Below, in pieces: positions 50,730 to 59,349 of a stretch of DNA of 64,000 bases. The stretch's first letter is position 1. Every line of letters begins with the position of its first letter. The stretch comes from a virus: the IMG/VR virus record IMGVR_UViG_3300045988_126785, positions 1 to 64,000 of that record; one strand, written 5' to 3'. A model generated the notes under the pieces. That model was not told the DNA's origin and made no database searches. It saw only the letters and a list, made by a program, of their open reading frames with translations. Made by a program: the position numbers and the translations under genes.

Positions 50730-51087
50730 GCTCCCCGCCTCCCTTCATGCGTTCCCGCTCCTTCTGCAATTCCCATTCCAGCCGGTCCAGAGTGCTGACC
50801 CATTGCTTCTCCGCTGCTTCCGGCGTTACGCCCGCTTGGGCCGCCGCTTCCGCCAGGATCATGGTGTTGCAGTCCGCCAGCCACAGGCGGTCTCCGTCTG
50901 TCAGACGGTCCAGGTCTGCCCCTGCCACCTCCACTGCGCCCTCCGGCTTTTTCCGTCCGGTGAGATACAACAGAATGTACCCTGCGCAGATCCGGTAAAA
51001 CCGGGTGTCATACGCGATCTCTTCCGTTTTCCGGGTCCGCCCCATGGCGTACAACCGGTATCGTTTCTTCCGTTGAGCCATTGTCAA
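50713..51087 (-). CDS. hypothetical protein (124 aa)
   Basis: Track ORF with an ATGA overlap to the terminase stop. Confidence 0.4.
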   Translation of the reverse strand: MTMAQRKKRYRLYAMGRTRKTEEIAYDTRFYRICAGYILLYLTGRKKPEGAVEVAGADLDRLTDGDRLWLADCNTMILAEAAAQAGVTPEAAEKQWVSTLDRLEWELQKERERMKGGGEHGPAN

Positions 51088-52937
51088 AACCTCCGGCCTC
51101 CCCGCCGCGCCGTCACCAGCCGTCCGCTGCTTCCGGTGCTGATAGGCGGAGCCACTTTGTTTTCCTTGAACCGATCCAGCGCCGACGCCCAGTCGCTCTT
51201 GTTTTTCCCGTGGATCTCCGTCAGCAGTTCCTCCCGCTCGATCAGCTGGGCCAGCCGCAGGGCATATTTCGTGGCGGACCAGCTATCGCGCTGAATGGCC
51301 TTGGAAATGCGCTTCTCGCTCATCCCCGCCCCGCTGGGCACCAGCTTTAGGTTCTGTATCTGGCCGGACAGCTCCCGGCACTTCTGATAGGGCTGTGCGA
51401 ACTGGTAGTCCCGGTCATCGTCCCGGATGCGGTGGGCGCGCTTATATGCCTCCACGCCCTCGTTGGCGTTCAGCGTCAGAAGTTCAACGTTGTGGTGCTC
51501 AAACTCCGTCTGCGCGTATTTCAGCATTTCAAAGTCCGGGTCCGTCACGCCGGTGCCGCCTGCCTTGATGGGGTAGATCACCGGAATGGCCCCCGGCAGC
51601 TCCGCCGCCGCATAAGCCGCGTGGTTCTTCACACACAGGGGCGGCAAGCCGTCTCCCAAGTCGGTCATCAAATCTTCCAGCACCCCGCGCCCGTACTGCC
51701 AGGAGTCGATGGCGATGTAGGTTTGGCTGCCGTCATAGCAGAATCGGTTCCAAATGGCCTTCACCCGCCGTGCCTGGGCCTTGCTCTGGTCCGGCGGGGG
51801 CCAATCGTCAATGTAAACCAGCTGCTTCAAAAAGCGGTCCCGTTTCAGGTATTCCCGCTGACGGGTCAGCTTCAGCACCACGCAGGCGCACTTGGCGTTT
51901 TTGGCGGAATCCTCGTAGGAAACGTCATAGCCCACAATGTAAATAACTTCCTCCGGGTCCAGCTTGGGGTGCGGGTCCTTGCAGCAGTGCTCCGTCTCCA
52001 TCACCAGCACCCGCTGGGAATCCGTCAGCACCTCGTCGGAAAGCACGGGAAACTCGTCCGCGCCAGTAAACCGGCTCTCCATCTCCCGCATCCACTTTTC
52101 CGCCGTCAGCTCCTCCCGGAGTCCCTGCGCCCATTCATAGGGACGCATCTGCATGAGCACGATGCTTTCCCATGAAATGTCAATGGCAAAGGCGCTTTCC
52201 CCTTGGGTCATTTTCTTCATCACCTTGCACCGGGTCTGAAAGGCGTGGTTTTGCTTGCGCCCCGCGCTGGTGATGGCGTGTTTCTTGTATCCTACGAAGT
52301 TTTTGTCCCGCTCACCGCTGATGTTGTGCCAGAGACGCACAGCCGGCAGCACCACGGTGGAATACTCGTTGTAGTCAAAAGGCGGGTTTTCTTCCTGTGC
52401 GTATTCCTCCGCCGTCACGTCATGCAGGTTGTCGCCGCGCATGGCGGAGATATAAAAGGCGCTTCCGCCGTCCGTCTCAATCTTGAAATCGTCCTTGCTC
52501 TCCGCGCTGACCCGCCAGTGCTTGGCAAGGATGGGGTAATCGTGCTCAATCTGGTGATAGGTTTTCCCGCCGATGGCGGCAAGCTGTTTGTAGCTTGGAC
52601 CATAATATGCGCTCTGGGTCCCCGGCCATACCAGCCCGTTCACCATGGCGTATTTCATCTTTGTGCTGGTCTTTGTCAGGCTTCGGGTTCCGGTGATCGC
52701 CACCTCCCGTTTCCTGGCGTAGGCCCGCACCATCACCCGCTGCATGATCTCCTCGTTTGCGAAGTCCGCTTCGTCGCTCCGCACAAGGTCCAGCAGCTTG
52801 TCCGGATACCACCGGAACACCCAGATCAAGAAGGCCCACCAGGCATCCTCATAGTCCGTGTAGTCCCGCTCTGCTGTGGGCTTCACGCTGACCCAGCCCT
52901 GCGAACTTGTCCATGCCTTTCCGGCCCGCCGTGCCAT
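51084..52937 (-). CDS. terminase large subunit (inferred)
   Basis: 617 aa. Assigned by position between the small-terminase candidate and the portal. The IVGYDVSYED acidic motif fits a nuclease half. Confidence 0.65.
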   Translation of the reverse strand: MARRAGKAWTSSQGWVSVKPTAERDYTDYEDAWWAFLIWVFRWYPDKLLDLVRSDEADFANEEIMQRVMVRAYARKREVAITGTRSLTKTSTKMKYAMVNGLVWPGTQSAYYGPSYKQLAAIGGKTYHQIEHDYPILAKHWRVSAESKDDFKIETDGGSAFYISAMRGDNLHDVTAEEYAQEENPPFDYNEYSTVVLPAVRLWHNISGERDKNFVGYKKHAITSAGRKQNHAFQTRCKVMKKMTQGESAFAIDISWESIVLMQMRPYEWAQGLREELTAEKWMREMESRFTGADEFPVLSDEVLTDSQRVLVMETEHCCKDPHPKLDPEEVIYIVGYDVSYEDSAKNAKCACVVLKLTRQREYLKRDRFLKQLVYIDDWPPPDQSKAQARRVKAIWNRFCYDGSQTYIAIDSWQYGRGVLEDLMTDLGDGLPPLCVKNHAAYAAAELPGAIPVIYPIKAGGTGVTDPDFEMLKYAQTEFEHHNVELLTLNANEGVEAYKRAHRIRDDDRDYQFAQPYQKCRELSGQIQNLKLVPSGAGMSEKRISKAIQRDSWSATKYALRLAQLIEREELLTEIHGKNKSDWASALDRFKENKVAPPISTGSSGRLVTARRGGRRF

Positions 52938-52946
52938 GGCTCCTCC

Positions 52947-53912
52947 TTACCGCTTTTTCTTCGCCGGAGGCATCTTCACCAGTCCAAGCCGCTGATATGC
53001 CTCCTTCTCCTGATCATTGGGTTCCTCCGCAAACTCCCCCAACTCGTCCCGCAGCCGCATCTCCGGCGGCAGGGTGGTCAGCTCAGGCCGCCCCTCGTTC
53101 TGCCGCATCCGGTTTTCGTTGATCATGAGCATCTGTTCCGCCGCGTCCATGGTGTAGGGGTATTTGCAGGATCGCCCAAACAAAATGCGGAACATTTCGT
53201 CCGGGTCACATTGTTTCCCGTTTTTCAAAAGTCCCTTCTTTTCCAGTGCCTCCACCAGACTGTCGATCCGCAGATCGTCAATCGGCTTCGCGTCCTTTTT
53301 CCGCAGTCCCTCGCTGGACAGGTTATCCTGAACCATTTTGTTCAGCTTAGCCGCCTTGTCATATTGGCCGATGGCCCGCATCTTGTCCCGGTCCAGCGTC
53401 ATTTTTGCGCAATCCCGCAGAATGAACTCCTGCTTCACGCTTACGCCGCCCGCCGCCATCAGGTCGCTGGACAGTGCCTCGTAAATGCGATCCAGTTCGT
53501 CATAGTCCTCAGAGGTGTAGGGGTTCTTTGCGGAGTTTTCGCCCCAGTTCTTCCTCTGCTGTGCCGTCCCCACTTTCCGGTTCCGGGCGGACTTCTCGTT
53601 GCCCACTGCCTTGGTAAATTCCCCAGCGGTCAGGCCCTCGCCAAAAATCTTGGTAATGTCCGTCAGCCCGTCCAGAAAGCCAAGGCGTTCCCCGCGGCGC
53701 ACGTCCAGCTTCTTGACCCGCAGATTGTCCAGGTAGGCGATCCACTTCTCGCCCACGTCCGGCTCCTTTGGCACCGCCAGCATATCAAAGGGCCGGTCAA
53801 ATTCAATGCAGCAGTAAAAAAGGGCAAGGCTGTCGCTTGTGGCACGGGCAATGGCGTCATAGCGTTCCTGCTGTGCAGTCAGTTCCGCTGTATCCATCGG
53901 TTCCAGTTCCAT
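52947..53912 (-). CDS. terminase small subunit candidate
   Basis: First gene after a terminator and promoter gap, directly upstream of the large terminase. It has a basic C-terminus. Confidence 0.45.
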   Translation of the reverse strand: MELEPMDTAELTAQQERYDAIARATSDSLALFYCCIEFDRPFDMLAVPKEPDVGEKWIAYLDNLRVKKLDVRRGERLGFLDGLTDITKIFGEGLTAGEFTKAVGNEKSARNRKVGTAQQRKNWGENSAKNPYTSEDYDELDRIYEALSSDLMAAGGVSVKQEFILRDCAKMTLDRDKMRAIGQYDKAAKLNKMVQDNLSSEGLRKKDAKPIDDLRIDSLVEALEKKGLLKNGKQCDPDEMFRILFGRSCKYPYTMDAAEQMLMINENRMRQNEGRPELTTLPPEMRLRDELGEFAEEPNDQEKEAYQRLGLVKMPPAKKKR

Positions 53913-53930
53913 TCGCGGCCTCCTTCCCCT

Positions 53931-53973
53931 AAAAAAACAGAGAGTGAAAAGAATTTATTTCTTCTCACTCTCT
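53931..53973 (-). terminator. rho-independent terminator separating the early and late regions
   Basis: 15-bp stem AGAGAGTGAAAAGAA/TTCTTCTCACTCTCT (1 mismatch), with T7 on the minus strand. Confidence 0.75.
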
Positions 53974-54030
53974 ATTATTTCACAAGATTTTCCCGATTTG
54001 GTAAACTTTAGTAGCCACTTGAAAAATTTT

Positions 54031-54273
54031 TTATTCCGGCTCCAAGCCAAGGATGTAATCCACACTCACGCCGTAAAAATCTGCCAGCGTGATCAGGGCC
54101 GTGGCCTTCGGTTCCTTCATGCCGCTTTCGTAAAAGCCTACCATGCCGTGGCTCATACCGCAGTATTCGGATACCCGGCGGCTGCTCATGCCTCTGGCCC
54201 GCCGCAATTCCCGCAGCCGTACCGCGTAGACCGGCAGTTCCCTGCCCTGCTTGTGGTCCTCAGTCCTTTCCAT
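54031..54273 (-). CDS. XRE-family HTH regulator (80 aa)
   Basis: Contains VRLRELRRARGMSSRRVSEYCGMSHGMVGFYESG...LADFYGVSVDYILG. Confidence 0.8.
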   Translation of the reverse strand: MERTEDHKQGRELPVYAVRLRELRRARGMSSRRVSEYCGMSHGMVGFYESGMKEPKATALITLADFYGVSVDYILGLEPE

Positions 54274-54469
54274 CGTCCCCCTCCCCTTCCAGCAATTTGC
54301 AAAGCCGTTTCAGGTGCCGTTCGATGCTTTCCATCTTCCAAAGCAAAGAAAACAGCGCCAGCATCGTGCAGGCGTATACCGTCATGGCAATATTTCCGCT
54401 GCTCGCCTCATAGACCGCAAAGCCCACCACTACAAGCAGGATCACAAAATTTACAAGCGTCTCTGCCAT
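54260..54469 (-). CDS. small membrane protein (69 aa)
   Basis: Internal start MAETLVNFVILLVVVGF after a GGGGGCGGAGG RBS. Confidence 0.45.
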   Translation of the reverse strand: MAETLVNFVILLVVVGFAVYEASSGNIAMTVYACTMLALFSLLWKMESIERHLKRLCKLLEGEGDDGKD

Positions 54470-54486
54470 GTCCTCCGCCCCCTTTC

Positions 54487-54696
54487 TCAGACTGCCCGGA
54501 CCTCTCCGGGCAAAAAGTTCTCCGTCACGTCCCCGCCAAGGGTTTTGGTCGTCACGGCGATAACCCGTCCCTTGGGGTGAATCCATGTCACCCTCCCCGT
54601 CCGCATCGGGCACAGCTCCACGCTTGACCGCTCACTTTTCGCCCGCTCCACCGGCAGCGTCTTGAACTTTGCCCGCACCGTCTGTCCGATCTTCAT
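54487..54696 (-). CDS. hypothetical protein (69 aa)
   Basis: Track ORF with an ATGA overlap. Confidence 0.45.
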   Translation of the reverse strand: MKIGQTVRAKFKTLPVERAKSERSSVELCPMRTGRVTWIHPKGRVIAVTTKTLGGDVTENFLPGEVRAV

Positions 54697-55037
54697 TTCC
54701 GTCCTCCATACGTCACTTTTTTCAAATCTTTGTACCGCTCAGCGTGCGGAATCAGCTCCGCCTTATCCCGGATGATCTCCTTCAGCACCCGGTCCATGTG
54801 CTCCTGACACACGTCCGCCGCCGGGTTTTTGTAGTCCAGTGCCGGCCTGTATTCTTTTCTCACCTCTGCCCATGCTTCGGTGAGCCGCATAATGCGATCA
54901 TAGCCCCAGCCCTCCGTCTGGTGGATCGCGATTTGCAATGTATCAATGTCGAATTGCGAGGTTATAACCATCGTTGCCTGAAGCAGCCGGTTGGTCTCGT
55001 TTTCCCACCGTTGCAAGTACCCCGATTGTTTAGACAT
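54693..55037 (-). CDS. hypothetical protein (114 aa)
   Basis: Track ORF. Confidence 0.5.
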   Translation of the reverse strand: MSKQSGYLQRWENETNRLLQATMVITSQFDIDTLQIAIHQTEGWGYDRIMRLTEAWAEVRKEYRPALDYKNPAADVCQEHMDRVLKEIIRDKAELIPHAERYKDLKKVTYGGRK

Positions 55038-55038
55038 C

Positions 55039-55182
55039 TTACTTCCCCCTTAACAAGTACAGTTTCAGCCACAGTGGAATGTCGGCGATTAAAATGCTTT
55101 TGAAATAAAACACGATAAACGCAATGCCAGCGGCTATGACCATCGTCCAAAAGGCTATAATCAGCCAGTCTTTCCGTTTCAT
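55039..55182 (-). CDS. small membrane protein (47 aa)
   Basis: Hand translation gives MKRKDWLIIAFWTMVIAAGIAFIVFYF... GGAGGTG RBS. Confidence 0.4.
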   Translation of the reverse strand: MKRKDWLIIAFWTMVIAAGIAFIVFYFKSILIADIPLWLKLYLLRGK

Positions 55183-55241
55183 TCAGCACCTCCGTCCATT
55201 ATCGCCCCGCAGTTGGGGCAAAAGTTCTTGTCTCCTTGTGT

Positions 55242-55442
55242 TTACAGTTTGTGTCTGTACGGGTTCTCATCTCCGCTCATTATTGCCAGCATCTCTCGTA
55301 CTTTCGGCGGAAAAATCAGTTCTTCCATACGTGCCGCCATGATCTGCCGCACAGCCTTTTTCCCCAATGGCGGTTTCTTCGGTGGTATTTCTCCCCGTCT
55401 TGCCGCTTGTGCAACAGGGTTATTCTTTGCTGCCCATCCCAT
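55242..55442 (-). CDS. small basic protein (66 aa)
   Basis: Internal start MGWAAKNNP, 9 nt after a GGAAGGAG RBS. Confidence 0.35.
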   Translation of the reverse strand: MGWAAKNNPVAQAARRGEIPPKKPPLGKKAVRQIMAARMEELIFPPKVREMLAIMSGDENPYRHKL

Positions 55443-55710
55443 GCTCAACATCTCCTTCCGTACTTTCGCCGTCCATCTTGGCCCTCTCAATCTCAAGCGC
55501 ACGTTCACGAAGGTCTCCGAATCCGTACTCATCCTGCCAGCCCAGCTCCGCAGAGGCTTTTTTGCAACTCTCACATAGATAACACGTCCACGGAGTTCCA
55601 TCAAAAACACAACTGCGTTCCATCATAGTCCCTCGGCAAAATTTTCGCCCACACCCAAAGCAAACATGGTCAACCCTCGTTTTGACAACTTTTCTTCCGG
55701 CAACATCCAT
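55420..55710 (-). CDS. Cys-rich (zinc-finger-like) protein (96 aa)
   Basis: Contains CFGCG...CYLCESC. Confidence 0.5.
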   Translation of the reverse strand: MDVAGRKVVKTRVDHVCFGCGRKFCRGTMMERSCVFDGTPWTCYLCESCKKASAELGWQDEYGFGDLRERALEIERAKMDGESTEGDVEHGMGSKE

Positions 55711-56035
55711 GTGTTAATCCTCCGTCATGCACCGTTGTGTATTTCCAAATCAACGTGTTCAGTTTTCTCAGCCCCTCCAAGGTGATTAGGTCCTGCGCGC
55801 ACAGCTCGTCCCGCAGGCGCTCCAGCGCTTCGATTGGGGCCACGTTGGCGGCTGGGGCATCACTTACTTCCCGCAACACTTTGGCAGCCAGCAAGTACGG
55901 GATTTCCTGTGAGTTCTCCGAGGACAAATCTTTGATGTATACAGCACCGTGATAGCGCCTTGTGTTCTCGATTGCCCTCGCACCGGCATTCATGGCAAGC
56001 ATGATTTCTTCCGTGCGCTCGATGTATCCAGCCAT
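55670..56035 (-). CDS. hypothetical protein (121 aa)
   Basis: Internal start MAGYIERTEE after a GGAGGG RBS. Confidence 0.5.
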   Translation of the reverse strand: MAGYIERTEEIMLAMNAGARAIENTRRYHGAVYIKDLSSENSQEIPYLLAAKVLREVSDAPAANVAPIEALERLRDELCAQDLITLEGLRKLNTLIWKYTTVHDGGLTHGCCRKKSCQNEG

Positions 56036-56037
56036 GG

Positions 56038-56238
56038 TCAGCCCTCCTGCTTCAGCTCTCGCACAGTCTGGTGGATACGCTTCGCGCAGGCAGGGCATAT
56101 TTCCCCCACATCCACTATGACATCCACTATGTCCGGGTTGCTCGCGTAGATGCTTGCGTTGCTCTCCACGCAGACCCTATAAGTGTCCTGAATATTGAAT
56201 ATTTCTTTTCCGCAGAGATCGCAAAAACGCTTCGTCAT
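56038..56238 (-). CDS. zinc-ribbon protein (66 aa)
   Basis: Internal start MTKRFCDLCGKE...CPACAK. Confidence 0.45.
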   Translation of the reverse strand: MTKRFCDLCGKEIFNIQDTYRVCVESNASIYASNPDIVDVIVDVGEICPACAKRIHQTVRELKQEG

Positions 56239-56375
56239 GTTCTTTCCTCCCTCCTGTTCCATGCTTCCGTCGCTTCTTCCGGCGTATCGTAGATATCGTG
56301 CAGATTTCCCTCGTCATCGCAAGGCACGAGAATGGCCTTCCCGCCGCAAAACGGGCAGGGCTTTAATTCAGCCAT
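56235..56375 (-). CDS. Lar-like restriction-alleviation zinc-ribbon protein (46 aa)
   Basis: Hand translation gives MAELKPCPFCGGKAILV...TPEEATEAWNRR. Both ends are coupled to neighbouring genes. Confidence 0.5.
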   Translation of the reverse strand: MAELKPCPFCGGKAILVPCDDEGNLHDIYDTPEEATEAWNRREERT

Positions 56376-56877
56376 CCTTCATCGCCTCCAATGCTTTTTC
56401 TCCCTCCGGCGAGAGGGGAGTGATCTTTCCGCGCTCCACGAGGCCGCGGAACACGTCGTATTCCATGTGAAAGACGACACCGACGCTGCTCTGGTACTGG
56501 ACGCAGGGCGCCACGTTCTTCATCACCCACGTTCGTTCAAAATGCTCCTGGCAGAGCATCGGCCGCCCAGGCTCCAGCGGCAGGAGGAAGAGCCTGCCTT
56601 CCTTGTCGGCCTCGGCCAGCGCCCTTACTCGGTCAAGACCGCCGCACTCTCCGACGATCGTGCAAAGGTCGCTCCAGTCTTTAACCAGCGCAGACACTTC
56701 CTCCGGTGTCAGCTCCGTATCCTCATATTTTACCAGCCGATCTAACAAACGATTGCGGCAATACAGTGCAGTGCAGTCAGCCATCGGCTTACCATGCTTA
56801 CCCGTCCAATCCGCTTCGCACTTCTGGCAGTCCATCATTGCCTGTCCATCGGTGTCGTACTTCGTCAGTCGTTCCAT
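56368..56877 (-). CDS. hypothetical protein, paralog of 1-362
   Basis: Internal start MERLTKYD after a GGAGGG RBS. Confidence 0.55.
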   Translation of the reverse strand: MERLTKYDTDGQAMMDCQKCEADWTGKHGKPMADCTALYCRNRLLDRLVKYEDTELTPEEVSALVKDWSDLCTIVGECGGLDRVRALAEADKEGRLFLLPLEPGRPMLCQEHFERTWVMKNVAPCVQYQSSVGVVFHMEYDVFRGLVERGKITPLSPEGEKALEAMKDG

Positions 56878-57053
56878 CACATTCCCTCCATTTTTTGCTT
56901 CACTCGGTAGCATAGTTTTCCGCACCGTTCACAGACTGCGTAATTTGTGTGGTACTTCCCGCCGTGCCGGTCGCTTCGGCGGCGCTCCACCTGAACATAC
57001 GCATACTTGTTCAGCTTGTGCAAACCAATGCGGCAAAAAAGAGGCTTTTTCAT
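56877..57053 (-). CDS. small zinc-ribbon-like protein (58 aa)
   Basis: Hand translation gives MKKPLFCRIGLHK...AVCERCGKLCYRV. ATGA overlap upstream. Confidence 0.4.
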   Translation of the reverse strand: MKKPLFCRIGLHKLNKYAYVQVERRRSDRHGGKYHTNYAVCERCGKLCYRVKQKMEGM

Positions 57054-57436
57054 AGCTTTACCTCCGGCGGCTCCGGTCTTTTTAGCTCAAACTGACTATA
57101 TGGCATAACACACAGCTGCTTGGAATCGCAGTCAGCCATGCCGCTGAAGATGTCCTTGCAATGAGCGCAATACTGGCACATCCACGTCTTTCCGGCTTTT
57201 CTGACATCCGCAATTATCGACATAACATAGTTGCGTTCAAGCATCAGTTGTCTATTCTGCCCCCGCAACTTCTCGATCTCCTGCTGGAGCGCCGCGATGT
57301 GTGCGTTTTGATTCTCCAGCCGGTCAGCGGCTGCAAGCAGGTCTTTCTCCAGCCCTCCCAGCAGATCCATCATGTCCCCATTTTCCCGCCAATCTGCGTG
57401 CTCACGCAGCGCATTTACGAGGTTTGTATCTCTCAT
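57050..57436 (-). CDS. coiled-coil / Cys-rich hypothetical protein
   Basis: Internal start MRDTNLV after a GGGAGGA RBS. Confidence 0.5.
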   Translation of the reverse strand: MRDTNLVNALREHADWRENGDMMDLLGGLEKDLLAAADRLENQNAHIAALQQEIEKLRGQNRQLMLERNYVMSIIADVRKAGKTWMCQYCAHCKDIFSGMADCDSKQLCVMPYSQFELKRPEPPEVKL

Positions 57437-58194
57437 AGTTCCTCCCTTATGTCTCCGCCCCATTGCTCCGCCATGGCTTTGGCGATGCCGGGGAAGGTCT
57501 TGCTTCGGGCTTTTGCCCGTTCCTCCTTACTTCCGCCGCAATCCATTTCCCAACAGGAGTAGCGGACAGTTCCGTTTCTCAGAACCATCTTTCGTCCCTT
57601 AACCGGCTCTACGATGTTTGTTGGCTTCAAGGGGAGTACCCCTCTTTCCCAAAGACAGGTTTTCTTGGTTACGGCGTGTCCAAACTGGAAAGGCTGAACA
57701 ATTTGAGAATACTCAGGTAGACAGAAAATCTTGGATGGAACTGGATTTTCAATAACCACCCTCAGAATATCCGCATCCCAGAAACGCATAAACAAATCTC
57801 GTGCTAAGATACCCTTTTGCACTCGATCAGGCTGCAACTGACCGCCTTTCCAAATGTGCCTTGCCCCGGCGTTTGTCAGGTATGTGCACGGCGGGTGCGC
57901 AATCAGCAAATCCCATTTGCCGACGTCATGCGTCTCCCCGTCCATGGTAGTCACTTGCATCCCCTTGATGGCCTTGAGCGCATCGCCCTGGATATGCCAC
58001 TCAGGATGTCCGCCGGACGGCTCCTGAATGTCACAGGAATATGCCTCATGTCCCAATGCGCGGAACGCCTTACAGACTTCCTGCGATTCCTCGCAAGCTA
58101 TCAACACTTTCATACGTCCTCCAATTCCCCGCCGCAGGCTCATATCCGATGCCGCTTTCAGCCGCTCGATTGCGGTCTGCTCCAAATCGCTCAT
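57433..58194 (-). CDS. divergent C5-methyltransferase-like protein (PPC / ENP motifs)
   Basis: Contains KVLIACEESQEV, LLIAHPPCTYL, VIENPVP and TFPGIAKAMAEQW. An alternative start, MKVLIA at 58113, has a GGAGGA RBS. Confidence 0.5.
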   Translation of the reverse strand: MSDLEQTAIERLKAASDMSLRRGIGGRMKVLIACEESQEVCKAFRALGHEAYSCDIQEPSGGHPEWHIQGDALKAIKGMQVTTMDGETHDVGKWDLLIAHPPCTYLTNAGARHIWKGGQLQPDRVQKGILARDLFMRFWDADILRVVIENPVPSKIFCLPEYSQIVQPFQFGHAVTKKTCLWERGVLPLKPTNIVEPVKGRKMVLRNGTVRYSCWEMDCGGSKEERAKARSKTFPGIAKAMAEQWGGDIREEL

Positions 58195-58454
58195 AGGTTC
58201 TCCAATTCCCCGCCGCAGGCGGCGTAACCGGCGAGGTCAACGAAGCAATCGCCCGTTGCCCGGTTGCCCTGAATCCGTGCGATTTTCAGCAGCGCCATCA
58301 TCATGGCAACGTCCTTCGCCGTAATCGTGTGCCCGGTGTATACCGTCCAGTATTGCCCAATCAGGCCGAAACTGTCCTCTGGCGTTCCGTAGTCGGTTTC
58401 CCTTCCTCCGCACACGCACTGCTTGGCAGCGGCTAAAATCTCTTCGCGGGTCAT
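58191..58454 (-). CDS. hypothetical protein (DUF6378-like)
   Basis: Internal start MTREEILAAAKQCVCGGRETDYG. Confidence 0.45.
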   Translation of the reverse strand: MTREEILAAAKQCVCGGRETDYGTPEDSFGLIGQYWTVYTGHTITAKDVAMMMALLKIARIQGNRATGDCFVDLAGYAACGGELENL

Positions 58455-58771
58455 TCCTCCACCTCCGCAAGCCAGAACTCCTTTTTGCACTCAAAGCAAG
58501 TTCGCTTGTTGCAGTCGATGCCCGTATTGCCGAATACATCCATTGGGCAAGCATTAAGGCATCCCGAATCAGTTTGTGCGTTCGGAAACAGTTTCAAAAA
58601 CTCGCTCTGTCTGGTTTTGGCGGGGTGCGCGACGGCCCACCGCTCGACAAACTTCACCGCCCCTACGTTATCTCCTGCTGCCCTATAATCGGTGTAGCGC
58701 ATTTTTTCTTCGGTAGATCCCCTTTTGCTGAGACGGTCAACCTTGTCCAAAAACTCCACAGCATCCATCAT
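58451..58771 (-). CDS. hypothetical protein
   Basis: Internal start MMDAVEFLD with an ATGA overlap. Confidence 0.45.
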   Translation of the reverse strand: MMDAVEFLDKVDRLSKRGSTEEKMRYTDYRAAGDNVGAVKFVERWAVAHPAKTRQSEFLKLFPNAQTDSGCLNACPMDVFGNTGIDCNKRTCFECKKEFWLAEVEE

Positions 58772-58932
58772 TCTGCCTCCCCTTCCTCGTCCAATTCGTT
58801 GAAATACTGGCTCCCGCAATAGGGACAGCCCACCTTCCGAAACCGCTCAAAAAAGCAGTCCGGTCTCGGCTCCGACCGGTCTAAGATCATCGGCGCTTCA
58901 AACTCCGCACCGCAGGTTTCACAGTGATACAT
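58768..58932 (-). CDS. zinc-ribbon protein (54 aa)
   Basis: Internal start MYHCETCG...CPYCG. Confidence 0.45.
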   Translation of the reverse strand: MYHCETCGAEFEAPMILDRSEPRPDCFFERFRKVGCPYCGSQYFNELDEEGEAE

Positions 58933-59155
58933 GGTGTTTTCCTTTCTCCGGGCGGTAAACATCACCCCGGTTCCACGCTTTTGTGGCGCAGTTCAGGCCG
59001 TGATACGGTCTGGTCCGCGCCCCGCAGGAAGCGCACACCACGGCGAAGTCAAAGGGTGGTGCCGCGTCCTCCATCCGCTCCCCACTGTACATTCCGCACA
59101 GGGCGCACGGTTCCAGTACCCGGTGCTCTCCTGCTCTCCGGTTTCCCCTGTTCAT
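58919..59155 (-). CDS. Lar-like zinc-ribbon protein (78 aa)
   Basis: Internal start MNRGNRR. Contains CALCG...CASCGARTRPY...ATKAWNR. Confidence 0.4.
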   Translation of the reverse strand: MNRGNRRAGEHRVLEPCALCGMYSGERMEDAAPPFDFAVVCASCGARTRPYHGLNCATKAWNRGDVYRPEKGKHHVSL

Positions 59156-59349
59156 GGCGTTCCACCTCCCAGCATGACCTTTGCCAAAAGAACCGCCAGC
59201 AGCAGTAAAAAGCAAATTCCGCCGATCATGGCGGAGGTGTCCGCCCGCTCCCGCCGCCGCTGTTCTCTGGTTTTGCGGTTCTTCTCCGCCCGCCGCCGTT
59301 CAAGTTCCCAGTAGGCTTCCTGTTCCCAATAATCGTTGCCGTGCTTCAT
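59152..59349 (-). CDS. small protein with a basic coil and C-terminal TM helix
   Basis: Internal start MKHGNDYW with an ATGA overlap. Confidence 0.4.
   Translation of the reverse strand: MKHGNDYWEQEAYWELERRRAEKNRKTREQRRRERADTSAMIGGICFLLLLAVLLAKVMLGGGTP

Noticed and set aside
23728-53912. Genome-wide stop-codon reassignment (TGA to Trp or TAG to Gln) in the late region.
   Set aside because: All large late genes (tape measure, portal, terminase, capsid and others) are uninterrupted under the standard code, with normal coupling at their stops. Only the XkdX-like gene, and TAG in the C5-MTase, show in-frame stops.
57433-58194. The N-terminal 27 aa (MSDLEQTAIERLKAAS...) as a remnant of a PAPS-reductase/DndC-like gene fused to the methyltransferase-like ORF, which would link it to the cysteine desulfurase.
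   Set aside because: This rests only on a vague memory of similar N-termini. There is no catalytic motif, the segment is very short, and an internal start with a good RBS (58113) explains the ORF equally well.
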